Source: Candidatus Altiarchaeota archaeon (GTDB lineage Archaea; Altiarchaeota; Altiarchaeia; IMC4; QMZM01). Taken from it: a stretch of DNA of 33,103 nt. Each line of letters opens with the position of its first letter. The stretch's first letter is position 1. The translations under genes and the position numbers were made by a program. The notes beneath the pieces are model-generated. The model searched no databases and was not told the DNA's origin. It saw only the letters and a list, made by a program, of their open reading frames with translations. The stretch is from the NCBI GenBank assembly GCA_016931955.1, contig JAFGDV010000038.1:1-33103 (forward strand). Direction: 5' to 3'. This document shows positions 1 through 8,716 of the stretch, piece after piece.

Positions 1-100
1 AAAAGAAACGCGCCCGAAAGAAAAAGGAATTCGCCTACGGCGAATTCAACGGAAGGTAGGGTTGATAAGGGCGGAAACCCGCAGGTGTCTGCCCTTATGT
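1..100 (+). repeat. Multi-hairpin dispersed repeat, copy A (5'-truncated by window edge)
   Basis: GAATTCGCC-tac-GGCGAATTC at 27-47, then GGTAGGGTTGATAAGGG...CCCTTATGT with a stem at 65-98; same motifs recur near 824, 3320, 28161 and 33053. Confidence 0.9.
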
Positions 101-288
101 GTCAGATCACCTACTTCGGCGTTTTATTGTCGTCCGACTCCCTTCGACAAGTCGACTGGAGTCGAATAACTATTGGTGTCCCTGTAAGTTATCTTGTTGC
201 TCTAGTGCACCATCCTTTACAGGCTAATTTCTGGGCCAGTTAGTATATATGGGCGTACTACTCATAAGTAACAAATTACTCCACTAAA

Positions 289-723
289 ATGACCTCAACT
301 AACCTAGAGGGCATATTCTACTTTTATATCGAGAACAAGGTAACGGATGTGGGTTTACGCCTCGATATTGCCAAGGATATCCCTGATGAACTGGAAATTC
401 GAGTAGACAATATAACAAAAAACAAAGTTAGAGTTTACTTGAGAGGTAAAGAACAAGCAGTTGAGCGATTTTACAAATATATTAAAAAAAAGAAAAAAAT
501 AGGAAAAGCTGAAAACTACTCTATTTCTGAACTAAAACTGATGGAAGAAGCAGGTTGCATAAATATTGATACAAACAGGTTTTTCCATAAATTAGAATGT
601 GAACAGATGGGGAAATTTGTAGATGTAGGTATAGAAATGCGAGAAGAAATAACAGCCATGAAGGAGGAAATACAAAAACTACCTAAAAATCTGGCTAAGG
701 AACTAAAGAAAGTTCTTACTTAA
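289..723 (+). CDS. Acylphosphatase-like domain protein with C-terminal coiled-coil (divergent)
   Basis: NKVTDVGLR...VDN...VRVYLRG..QAVERF resembles the acylphosphatase GxVQGVGFR/N pattern; helical heptad-like C-terminus; AT-rich; TATA-like TATATAT near 244-250. Confidence 0.6.
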   Translation: MTSTNLEGIFYFYIENKVTDVGLRLDIAKDIPDELEIRVDNITKNKVRVYLRGKEQAVERFYKYIKKKKKIGKAENYSISELKLMEEAGCINIDTNRFFHKLECEQMGKFVDVGIEMREEITAMKEEIQKLPKNLAKELKKVLT

Positions 724-823
724 CCCGCGATAACATCTCCCCCCAACATCAGCACAGTATTTAAAGAACAAAACCCTCAGTCATGTAAGGTGATACGAAC
801 AAGCTCCTCGCTCACTACCTCGG

Positions 824-1007
824 CGTCAACCTTTTTCTTAGAAAGAAAAACGTTGACGAAAAAGAAAGGAATTCGCCAGAGGCGAATTCTTAGGGTTGAT
901 ACGCGAGAGCGCATAGCGCTCTGTGCGCCAATACACTTATGTGTATTGCGCGAGGGCATGAGATGCCCTTATGTTGATAAGGGGTGGACCTTGGTTCTCG
1001 CACTTAT
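824..1007 (+). repeat. Multi-hairpin dispersed repeat, copy B (expanded with extra hairpins)
   Basis: H1 CGTCAAC..TTTTTCTT-aga-AAGAAAAA..GTTGACG 824-858; H2 GAATTCGCC-aga-GGCGAATTC 869-889; interrupted GATA^AGGG...CCCTTATGT plus a second GTTGATAAGGG...CTTAT stem. Confidence 0.85.
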
Positions 1008-1033
1008 TCGCTGACGTCGTAGGTTTTATGCCC

Positions 1034-1042
1034 TTATAAATA
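1034..1042 (+). promoter_or_regulatory. Putative TATA box of the rps13 operon
   Basis: TTATAAATA about 27-35 nt upstream of ATG 1069, typical spacing for a leaderless archaeal transcript. Confidence 0.5.
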
Positions 1043-1068
1043 TGAAATCACATATTTTAAGACCCAAA

Positions 1069-1548
1069 ATGCAGGCAGAGGCTAAGAAGAAGGTAGAAAA
1101 GGAGGAGTTCAGGCATCTGGTGCGTCTCTCTGGCGTGGTCTTAGACGGTAATCTAGATCTTATCAGAGCCCTCACTCGCATAAAGGGTGTCGGTCAGAGG
1201 ACTTCGGTCTCGCTCATAGACTCCTTAGGTATGGAGCATAAGATAAAACTCGGCTCACTTAATGAGGCTCAAGTGGATAAGTTAGAGGAGGGTATTAAGG
1301 GCCTTGATAAGATCATCCCTTCTTGGATGGTTAACAGACAGAAGGACAACTATACTGGAGAAAACATGCACCTCACCGGACCTGATTTGGATATGGCCTT
1401 CAGAGAGGACATAAACCTGCAGAAGAGGATTAAGTCATATAAGGGGATAAGACACAGCATGGGTCTGCCGGTTAGGGGTCAGAGGACGCGAACCTCTTTC
1501 AGGACTGGGGCAACAGTCGGCGTTAAAAGGAAGAAAACAAAGGTGTAG
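1069..1548 (+). CDS. rps13: 30S ribosomal protein S13 (uS13); start 1069 preferred over 1042
   Basis: IKGVG, SYKGIRHSMGLPVRGQRTRT motifs; first gene of the conserved S13-S4-S11-RpoD block. Confidence 0.97.
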   Translation: MQAEAKKKVEKEEFRHLVRLSGVVLDGNLDLIRALTRIKGVGQRTSVSLIDSLGMEHKIKLGSLNEAQVDKLEEGIKGLDKIIPSWMVNRQKDNYTGENMHLTGPDLDMAFREDINLQKRIKSYKGIRHSMGLPVRGQRTRTSFRTGATVGVKRKKTKV

Positions 1549-1551
1549 GAT

Positions 1552-2085
1552 ATGGGTGATCCACGAAAACAGAGGAGGAGGTATGAAAGGCCACAGCATC
1601 CCTGGAGGTCCGATAGGATAACCGAGGAGAATGAACTCTGCAAAAAATACGGTCTGAAAAACAAGAAAGAGATCTGGAAAGCCAAGTCAAGGACAGGGAG
1701 GTTCAGGGAGCAGGCAAGGAAACTCCTCGGATCATCAGGCGAGGAGAGGGAAAAAGAATCCAAGGAGCTTTTAGATAAGCTGAACAGGTTAGGGATCCTA
1801 GAAAGCCCATCGATAGAGGACGTTCTGGGATTGAATGTGGAGAACCTGCTAGAGAGAAGGTTGGAGACGAGAGTGTATAGGGGGAATCTGGCGAACACGA
1901 TAAAGCAGGCAAGACAGTTAATAGTCCACGGCCACATTATAGTAGGCGACAACGTGGTGAGTATTCCAGGATACATAACACCGAAAGATGAAGAAGACAA
2001 AATCAAACTCAACGAAAAAATAAAGGTGGTAAAACTTGACGAAGGAAAGCAAGGAGAAAAAGTCCCCGAAAAAGAAAAAGCCTGA
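1552..2085 (+). CDS. rps4: 30S ribosomal protein S4 (uS4)
   Basis: [47 protein letters not shown]. Confidence 0.97.
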   Translation: MGDPRKQRRRYERPQHPWRSDRITEENELCKKYGLKNKKEIWKAKSRTGRFREQARKLLGSSGEEREKESKELLDKLNRLGILESPSIEDVLGLNVENLLERRLETRVYRGNLANTIKQARQLIVHGHIIVGDNVVSIPGYITPKDEEDKIKLNEKIKVVKLDEGKQGEKVPEKEKA

Positions 2086-2581
2086 AGAGAGGGTAGAGGA
2101 AAAAGAGGAGGCTGCGGAGGAGACCCCCAAAGCTGCTGAGGAGGAACCAGTTGAAGAGAAAGAGGTGAAGGGGGAACAAAGGAAAAAGAAGGAGAGTGGA
2201 CTTTGGGGTATACTGAACATCTATTCATCGAAGAATAACACCATACTTCATGCAACAGACATAACAGGGGCTGAAACCATCAGCATAAAATCAGGCGGCC
2301 AAATAGTGAAATCTCAGCGTGAGGAATCCTCTCCCTATGCTGCAATGCAGTCAGCATTGAGGCTGGTGAAGGATATCAAAGACAAGGGATTCGAAGGAGT
2401 CCATATAAGGGTGAGAGCCCCCGGAGGCCACAATGGACCAAGATACCCTGGTAAAGGTGCTCAGGCTGCTATCAGGGTTATATCGAGGAGCGGGATACAT
2501 ATTGGGAGAATAGAGGATGTGACACCACTCCCATACGGCGGCTGCAGACCGAAGGGGGGTAAAAGAGGCAGACGCGTTTGA
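2036..2581 (+). CDS. rps11: 30S ribosomal protein S11 (uS11) with Glu/Lys-rich N-terminal extension; start uncertain (TTG 2036 or a later GTG)
   Basis: [55 protein letters not shown]. Confidence 0.95.
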   Translation: MTKESKEKKSPKKKKPEERVEEKEEAAEETPKAAEEEPVEEKEVKGEQRKKKESGLWGILNIYSSKNNTILHATDITGAETISIKSGGQIVKSQREESSPYAAMQSALRLVKDIKDKGFEGVHIRVRAPGGHNGPRYPGKGAQAAIRVISRSGIHIGRIEDVTPLPYGGCRPKGGKRGRRV

Positions 2582-2587
2582 GAGAAA

Positions 2588-3166
2588 ATGAATGTAAAAA
2601 TCACCAACAAAAAAAATAATCGGGTTGAATTCAATGTTTCCGGAATCACTGCGAGTCTTGCTAATGCATTCCGAAGGGCTGTTATCTCAGAGGTCCCAAT
2701 TATGGCTATTGAGGATGTAACCTTCTACCAGAACTCATCGATGATGGACGACGAAGTATTAGCCCACAGACTGGGTCTAATCCCGCTGAAGACCGATCCG
2801 GGGGGGATTGAAACCATGCGTGTAAGCTTGAAGTCTGAAGGTCCTGGAACCGTATACTCTAAGGAGCTTAAACCCATGGAAAAGAGGGTGAAAGGTAAGT
2901 CATCTTCTCTAGCAGCTTACGATAAAATACCCATCATGAAACTGACGGAGGGCCAGAGGATCGAGTTGGAGGCAACTGCTCAGATGAGAAGCGGGAGAGA
3001 ACACATAAAATGGCAGGGGGGGCTGGCTTCCTATGAGATAGAGAAGGATGGCTCCTTCAGTTTTTTCGTGGAATCCTACGGACAGATGCCAGTTAATGAA
3101 TTAATAAACAAAACATTCGAAGTATTCAATAAAAAGATCAAGGAACTTAGATCACAACTAAAATAA
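2588..3166 (+). CDS. rpoD: DNA-directed RNA polymerase subunit D (Rpo3), short form
   Basis: ANAFRRAVISEVPIMAIEDV, NSSMMDDEVLAHRLGLIPL, IPIMKL, FFVESYGQM; conserved position after rps11. Confidence 0.95.
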   Translation: MNVKITNKKNNRVEFNVSGITASLANAFRRAVISEVPIMAIEDVTFYQNSSMMDDEVLAHRLGLIPLKTDPGGIETMRVSLKSEGPGTVYSKELKPMEKRVKGKSSSLAAYDKIPIMKLTEGQRIELEATAQMRSGREHIKWQGGLASYEIEKDGSFSFFVESYGQMPVNELINKTFEVFNKKIKELRSQLK

Positions 3167-3172
3167 TCACAT

Positions 3173-3321
3173 GCGGGGGTGCCCGAGTCCGGTCAAACAC
3201 ACGTCTTACCCCCTTTAATAACACTAAACATTTTGCCACCCATAAGGCGTTGTGGGCTAAAGGGGCACGGTTGAGGGCCGTGTGGCATAGGCCTGCGCGA
3301 GTTCGAACCTCGTCCCCCGCA
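3173..3321 (+). tRNA. tRNA-Leu(GAG) with a 64-nt intron (3197-3260) at position 21/22
   Basis: Acceptor GCGGGGG/CCCCCGC; anticodon arm CACGG-TTGAGGG-CCGTG; long variable arm; T arm GCGAG-TTCGAAC-CTCGT; removing 3197-3260 restores the D arm GGTCAA^AGGG; BHB motif present; no encoded CCA. Confidence 0.92.
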
Positions 3322-3422
3322 ACCTTTTCATAAAAGGTTGATCAAAAGGAATTCGCCTAAAGGCGAATTCAAAAGAAGGGTTGGGTTGATAAGGGAGGGA
3401 ACGTAGTTCCCACCCTTATGTA
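3320..3422 (+). repeat. Multi-hairpin dispersed repeat, copy C, between 15-bp direct repeats of the tRNA-Leu 3' end
   Basis: CAACCTTTT-cat-AAAAGGTTG, GAATTCGCCT-aa-AGGCGAATTC, ATAAGGG.GGGAAC-gta-GTTCCC.CCCTTAT; CTCGTCCCCCGCAAC at 3309-3323 and 3431-3445. Confidence 0.9.
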
Positions 3423-3556
3423 TCGAACAACTCGTCCCCCGCAACTGCCACTGTCAGTTGACACTTGGGAGCCACATGCGCTCCCTGATGTCGCTTAGTG
3501 GCTCTTAACAAATCAAAAGGGAAGAATGGGTTTGGCACGGAGAGTGTTTTGATAAA

Positions 3557-3922
3557 ATGCCTAGAACGTATGAATTCGAGGACCCAAGGAGGGTGGATTT
3601 GATGGATAGGCTTCGGGAAGCGGCTAGGGTTAATGATGCAGGCATCTGGAAGGCGTTGGCTGAGGAGTTGTCTCGCTCAAGGAAGGATAGGCATGCAGTT
3701 AACCTATGGAAGGTAAACAAATACACGAAGAAGGGGGACACTGTTCTCGTGCCAGGCAAGCTTTTAGGAGACGGTGTCTTGGATCATAGGGTTGATGTTG
3801 CCGCGTTCAAGGTCAGTGAATCAGCTAAGGATAAGGTAGAGGCTGCTGGCGGGAAGGTTATCTCAATCCATGAATTGGTGGAGAAGAACCCGAAGGGCTC
3901 CAATATTGTGATGATTGGTTAA
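3557..3922 (+). CDS. rpl18e: 50S ribosomal protein L18e (eL18)
   Basis: IWKALAEEL, VNLWKVNKY, TVLVPGKLLGDG, VAAFKVSESAKDKV, NPKGSNI. Confidence 0.96.
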   Translation: MPRTYEFEDPRRVDLMDRLREAARVNDAGIWKALAEELSRSRKDRHAVNLWKVNKYTKKGDTVLVPGKLLGDGVLDHRVDVAAFKVSESAKDKVEAAGGKVISIHELVEKNPKGSNIVMIG

Positions 3923-4361
3923 GATGATAGTTAACGCTGAGGGGCAGGTTTTAGGCAGGCTGGCGTCGTTCGTCGCCAAGCAGGCGTTGCTCGGAGACGA
4001 GGTTATTGTAGTGAACGCTGAGAAGGCGCTGGTCTCGGGTAAGGGAGATATGGTGAGGGGTAAGGAGTTAGAGAAGCTGGATATAAGGAACATAGGTAAC
4101 ACAAAGAAGGGCCCCTTCCACCAGAAGAGACCTGATAAGTACGTTAGAAAAGCCGTCCGCGGCATGCTTCCTTGGAAGAAGGCCAGCGGCAGAGAAGCCT
4201 TTAAGAGGATTCAGGTTTATATAGGCATCCCCGAAGATGTTATAAAAAAGGTGCATAATGTGGGGAAGATTGAGATACATAACTTAGATGACATGAAAAA
4301 GGGTTTAGTGGAGTATACTACAGTCGCTGAAATCTGTAAGTCCATAGGTGGAAAATGGTAG
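3915..4361 (+). CDS. rpl13: 50S ribosomal protein L13 (uL13)
   Basis: NAEGQVLGRLASFVAK, VVNAEKA, RPDKYVRKAVRGMLPWKK. Confidence 0.96.
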   Translation: MVKMIVNAEGQVLGRLASFVAKQALLGDEVIVVNAEKALVSGKGDMVRGKELEKLDIRNIGNTKKGPFHQKRPDKYVRKAVRGMLPWKKASGREAFKRIQVYIGIPEDVIKKVHNVGKIEIHNLDDMKKGLVEYTTVAEICKSIGGKW

Positions 4362-4771
4362 AGAAACAAATTCACAAGGCAGGGAAAAGGAAGATGTCTA
4401 TTGCTCGGGCGACGGTGAAAAAGGGCAGGGGTAGGGTGACCATAAACGCTGTACCTCTTGACGTCTATCAGCCAGAGATTGCTCGATTCAAGATTTATGA
4501 GACTCTGATGCTTGCATCAGATCACGTGGACTTGAAGAAGATTGATTTGTCGGTGAGCGTGAGGGGTGGCGGTGTCATGGGGCAGGCTGATGCCATACGT
4601 TCCTCGATAGCAAGGGGTCTGGTAGAGTTTTCGGGTAGTGATGAATTACTTAACGCGTATATATCCAATGATAGGACGCTGATAGCCGGGGACCATAGAC
4701 TGACGGAGCCTCATAAACCAAGTCAGAGCAGTAAGGGTCCAAGGCATAAAAGACAGAAATCATATAGGTAG
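4355..4771 (+). CDS. rps9: 30S ribosomal protein S9 (uS9)
   Basis: GKRKMSIARA, VRGGGVMGQADAIR, C-terminal RQKSYR. Confidence 0.97.
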   Translation: MVEKQIHKAGKRKMSIARATVKKGRGRVTINAVPLDVYQPEIARFKIYETLMLASDHVDLKKIDLSVSVRGGGVMGQADAIRSSIARGLVEFSGSDELLNAYISNDRTLIAGDHRLTEPHKPSQSSKGPRHKRQKSYR

Positions 4772-4783
4772 GAGGAATACAAA

Positions 4784-4984
4784 ATGATTATTCCAATCAG
4801 GTGTTTTAGCTGCGGTAAACCGATAGCCAAGGACTGGGAGGAATACAAAGAAAGGACATCTGCTGGAGAGGATTCCAAGAAGGTCCTCGACTCCCTGGGC
4901 TATGATAGGTACTGCTGTAGGAGGATGTTTATCTCCCACTCAGAAGTCATCGATGATGTGATGAGGTACAGGAGACTTCAATAG
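4784..4984 (+). CDS. rpoN: DNA-directed RNA polymerase subunit N (Rpo10)
   Basis: [19 protein letters not shown]; SD-like GGAGG upstream. Confidence 0.97.
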   Translation: MIIPIRCFSCGKPIAKDWEEYKERTSAGEDSKKVLDSLGYDRYCCRRMFISHSEVIDDVMRYRRLQ

Positions 4985-4989
4985 ATAAA

Positions 4990-5169
4990 ATGGAATACAC
5001 TAAATTCGAAATCGCCAGACTGATTGGTGCACGTGCGTTGCAGATAAAGATGGGTGCGCCAGTCTTGATAGATATCCCATCAGGTGTTAATAGGCCGCTG
5101 GATATAGCGAAGCAAGAACTCGAAAAAGATGTTTTACCTATAACAGTTAAAAGGAAGGAGCCAAGATGA
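4990..5169 (+). CDS. rpoK: DNA-directed RNA polymerase subunit K (Rpo6); 59 aa, absent from the ORF track
   Basis: Manual translation [59 protein letters not shown]; ATGA overlap with rps2. Confidence 0.95.
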   Translation: MEYTKFEIARLIGARALQIKMGAPVLIDIPSGVNRPLDIAKQELEKDVLPITVKRKEPR

Positions 5170-5843
5170 CTGAGGAGATTGACGTATCAACCGAAGACTT
5201 TCTTGTCCCATTGGATGATTACCTCTCGAACGGGGTCCATGTTGGATTGAAGTATAGAACAAAGGATATGAGGGAATTCATATACAAGATCAGGCAGGAT
5301 AAACTCTGCGTCTTTGACGTGAGAAAAATAAACGATAGGTTGAGGATTGCCGTAGACTTCATCTCAAGATATGATCCGAAGAATGTTGTAGTGATTTCTA
5401 ATAGGGTGTACGGCAGAAAGCCGATAAAGAAGTTCTGCGAATACGTTGGCTGCACGGCAATAGAAAACCGCTTTGTTTCAGGGACCCTGACGAACCCGGA
5501 GATAGAAGACTACGTTGAAGCAAAACTGCTTATAGTCACGGACCCCAGCAGTGATCAGCAGGCTATTAAGGAGGCTGCTCTGGCCGGGATACCCGTTGTG
5601 GCAATCTGCGACACAAACACCAGGTCAAAAAACATAGACTTGATCATACCATCCAACAATAAAGGTAAGAACTCTCTCGCATTGATCTACTGGATACTCA
5701 GCAAGGAGATTCTGAAGAAGAGGGGTGTGGGGGAATTTAACGCTCAGCTCGATGATTTCATATCCAAGGCCGAACCCCAACCCTACTTATTGAAGATGCA
5801 GGAACTGCAGAGAAGGCAGAGGCGGAAGAAGAGGAGGGGGTAG
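5166..5843 (+). CDS. rps2: 30S ribosomal protein S2 (uS2)
   Basis: [39 protein letters not shown]. Confidence 0.97.
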   Translation: MTEEIDVSTEDFLVPLDDYLSNGVHVGLKYRTKDMREFIYKIRQDKLCVFDVRKINDRLRIAVDFISRYDPKNVVVISNRVYGRKPIKKFCEYVGCTAIENRFVSGTLTNPEIEDYVEAKLLIVTDPSSDQQAIKEAALAGIPVVAICDTNTRSKNIDLIIPSNNKGKNSLALIYWILSKEILKKRGVGEFNAQLDDFISKAEPQPYLLKMQELQRRQRRKKRRG

Positions 5844-5849
5844 ATAGGG

Positions 5850-7112
5850 TTAAAGATTAACCTTATAAACTGCTTTATCGCCTAGTTCTTCCTCAATCCT
5901 CATCAGTTGGTTGTATTTCGCGTTCCTCTCGGATCTGCAGGGGGCGCCGGATTTTATTTGGCCGGTTCCTAGACCGACAACAAGGTCTGCTATGAAGCTG
6001 TCCTCTGTCTCCCCCGAGCGATGTGATACCATCACATTCCATCCGTTTTCCATTGCGATGTGTGCAGCATCAATTGCTTCAGATATCGTGCCTATCTGGT
6101 TTATCTTCAACAAAAGAGCGTTGCAGGCTTTCAGTTCAACCGCTTTCTTGATCCTTTTCACGTTCGTGACCAGCAGATCATCACCCACAAGCTGAACCCT
6201 TTCGCTGTTTTTTTCCGTAAACGCCTTCCATGAGCCCCAGTCGTCTTGGGCGAAGACGTCCTCGCATGATACTATAGGGTATTTTTGGAGCAGGTCAACG
6301 TATATGTCTGAAAGCTCCTCTCCTGAGATTTTTCTTCCCTCGAAGACATAGTTACCCTCATCGTAGAACTCGGAGGCTGCGGCGTCTATTCCCATCTTCA
6401 CCTTGCCGTTGTAACCCGATTCCTCAACAGCCTCCAAGATAAGCTCTAGGGGCTCCTCCGCCTGAGAAAGGGGGGGCGCAAAGCCGCCTTCATCGCCTAC
6501 GTTGATCGCGTTGCGCCCGTACTTTTTCTTGATTATGTCCTTCAGGCTTTGGTAGACCTCGGAACACATCCTCACTGCTTCGCGTAAATCCCCCGCGCCA
6601 ACGGGCAGGATCATGTACTCCTGTATGTCCAGTTTGTTGCCGGCATGCTCTCCCCCATTTACGACGTTCATCGAAGGCACCGGCAATGAAGTATCCCCCC
6701 CTGAAAGAGTGGAGATCCACTTGTATAATGGAATCCCCTGCTCTAATGCAGCCGCCCTTGTAACCGCCATGCTGACGCCGAGAATAGAATTCGCCCCAAG
6801 TTTTGATTTGTTTTCTGTGCCGTCCAGCTCGATCATCAATGAATCTATTTCCCGCTGTTTCCTGCAGTCTAAGCCGATTACCTTCTTGGAGATTATTCTG
6901 TTGACGTTTTCCACTGCCTTAAGAACGCCTTTCCCATGATACCTCTGTTCTTTATCCCTCAGCTCTAATGCTTCATGTACTCCAGTGCTCGCCCCAGAGG
7001 GGATCATGGCCCTTGAAACACCTTTCGCGGTCCTGAGATCGACCTCCACAGTAGGGTTGCCCCTGGAGTCAAGAACCTCTCTGGCGTGAATCTCTTCGAT
7101 CCTAAAACTCAT
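5850..7112 (-). CDS. eno: Enolase (phosphopyruvate hydratase)
   Basis: [56 protein letters not shown]. Confidence 0.98.
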   Translation of the reverse strand: MSFRIEEIHAREVLDSRGNPTVEVDLRTAKGVSRAMIPSGASTGVHEALELRDKEQRYHGKGVLKAVENVNRIISKKVIGLDCRKQREIDSLMIELDGTENKSKLGANSILGVSMAVTRAAALEQGIPLYKWISTLSGGDTSLPVPSMNVVNGGEHAGNKLDIQEYMILPVGAGDLREAVRMCSEVYQSLKDIIKKKYGRNAINVGDEGGFAPPLSQAEEPLELILEAVEESGYNGKVKMGIDAAASEFYDEGNYVFEGRKISGEELSDIYVDLLQKYPIVSCEDVFAQDDWGSWKAFTEKNSERVQLVGDDLLVTNVKRIKKAVELKACNALLLKINQIGTISEAIDAAHIAMENGWNVMVSHRSGETEDSFIADLVVGLGTGQIKSGAPCRSERNAKYNQLMRIEEELGDKAVYKVNL

Positions 7113-7146
7113 ATAATAGATTTAGCTTAGAATAAAAAAAGAGCCC

Positions 7147-7563
7147 TTATTCCTTCAGTTTGAACTTGTAGCCGTATCTTATGATCCCATTGCTGCCGTC
7201 TGCTATCACCTTCCTGAAGACCAGCTCGACCTTTTTCCCTATCTCAAGGTCCTCTGGCTTGCAGTCGACTATCTGGGCTGTGATGAAGGGACCCTCAACA
7301 AGCTTTATGACCCCGATGACGTAGGGTTTCATGAACTCGAAGCCCTCTGAAGGCGTATGCACAATTGTATAACTGTATATCTCTCCTTCGCCGGAGTATT
7401 TAACCTCCCGTACATCGCCTGAACGCCTGCAGTTTGGGCACAGTTGCCTTAGCGGAAAGAATTTTTCGCCGCAGTTTTTGCATTCTGTCCCGACCAGATT
7501 GTATCTCTGAGGTATCAGCCTCCAGTGTACTGCAACACCCCTCGACATCTTAGTCAACCTCAA
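7147..7563 (-). CDS. DUF35 Zn-ribbon/OB-fold protein (thiolase-HMGS scaffold)
   Basis: CKNC...CPNC Zn ribbon, GEIYSYTIVH, PYVIGVIKL, YGYKF; adjacent to thiolase. Confidence 0.92.
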   Translation of the reverse strand: MRLTKMSRGVAVHWRLIPQRYNLVGTECKNCGEKFFPLRQLCPNCRRSGDVREVKYSGEGEIYSYTIVHTPSEGFEFMKPYVIGVIKLVEGPFITAQIVDCKPEDLEIGKKVELVFRKVIADGSNGIIRYGYKFKLKE

Positions 7564-8713
7564 GTATGTGGATCACGGTTGTGGCTCCTGAGCCGCCAAC
7601 GTTATGGATCAATCCCAGTCTCGCATCCTTGACCTGTCTTTTACCTGCATCCCCTCTCAGCTGCAGGGTGGCTTCCACTGCCTGCGCTATCCCAGTAGCA
7701 CCTACTGGATGGCCCTTACCCTTAAGTCCGCCACTCGTGTTTATCGGAATCCTGCCGTCGAGGGCCGTATCCCCCCCCTCCGTCAGTCTTCCGCCTTCAC
7801 CAATGCCGCAGAAGCCCAGGCCCTCTATGGCCAGGATCTCCGCGATGGAGAAGCAATCATGCACTTCGGCGAATTCTATGTCCTTTGGCTTAATCCCTGC
7901 CTTCTTGTAGGCCTTTCCTGCGGCAAGTATCGTCGAATCCATCCTGGAAAGGCTCTTCCTGTCGTGGAGCGCTAACGTATCAGTAGCAGTCGACGAAGCC
8001 CTGATCCATACAGGGTTCTTGGATAGCTCCTTTGCCTTTTCTTCTGAGGCCAGAACTACTGCTGCGGCTCCGTCGCTGAGGGGTGAACAGTGGAGCAGCC
8101 TTAGGGGATCCGCTATGAGAGATGACCTCATAACCTGATCCAAGGTGACCCTGAAGGGGAACTGTGCATTTGGGTTCAGGCAGGCGTTGTCGTGGCTTTT
8201 AACCGCGACCTGGGATATCTGCTCAATCGTCGTCCCGTACTCGAACATGTGGCGTCTCGCCATAAGGGCGTAGATGCTCGGAAAAGTGGCTCCTTTAAAG
8301 GTCTCCCATTCCTGGTCTCCCGCGCCCATCAATGTGACGGTTGCATAGGAGGCTGAGACATCGGTCATCTTCTCGACGCCGCCTGCAACCACTATGTCCA
8401 TTTCGCCGGATTTTATGGCTAGATAGGCCTCCCTCAGGGCGAGGCTGCCGGAGGCGCACGCCCCCTCGACCCTTACCGCTGGAATCCCTATAAGGCCGCT
8501 GTAGTCTGCGACCAATGCCCCAATATGCTCTTGGCCCGAGAAAAGGCCGGGCGACATAGAGCCTATGTAGAGCCCCTCGATGTCTTCGCCTTCTATTCCA
8601 GCGTCGATTATCGCCTTAGTCCCGGCCTTGGTTATTAGATCACGGTATCGCTGATCCCATAGTTCGCCGAACTCTGTGATCCCGATTCCGATGATCGCTA
8701 CTCTGCCGCTCAT
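7550..8713 (-). CDS. Acetyl-CoA acetyltransferase (archaeal thiolase)
   Basis: VEGACASG, EVHDCF, SGGLKGKGHPVGATG, HNVGGSG. Confidence 0.95.
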   Translation of the reverse strand: MSGRVAIIGIGITEFGELWDQRYRDLITKAGTKAIIDAGIEGEDIEGLYIGSMSPGLFSGQEHIGALVADYSGLIGIPAVRVEGACASGSLALREAYLAIKSGEMDIVVAGGVEKMTDVSASYATVTLMGAGDQEWETFKGATFPSIYALMARRHMFEYGTTIEQISQVAVKSHDNACLNPNAQFPFRVTLDQVMRSSLIADPLRLLHCSPLSDGAAAVVLASEEKAKELSKNPVWIRASSTATDTLALHDRKSLSRMDSTILAAGKAYKKAGIKPKDIEFAEVHDCFSIAEILAIEGLGFCGIGEGGRLTEGGDTALDGRIPINTSGGLKGKGHPVGATGIAQAVEATLQLRGDAGKRQVKDARLGLIHNVGGSGATTVIHILEVD

Positions 8714-8716
8714 TTT

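Noticed and set aside
824-1007. Integron attC sites as the identity of the repeats
   Set aside because: No RYYYAAC...GTTRRRY bounded single long hairpin, no integrase in the window, and copies sit mostly between core genes
777-1014. ORFs 777-959 (-) and 790-1014 (+)
   Set aside because: They lie over repeat copy B and have no protein-like features
1479-2255. 258-aa minus-strand ORF
   Set aside because: Antisense shadow of rps13/rps4/rps11; Ser/Phe/Pro-rich composition expected from a purine-rich sense strand
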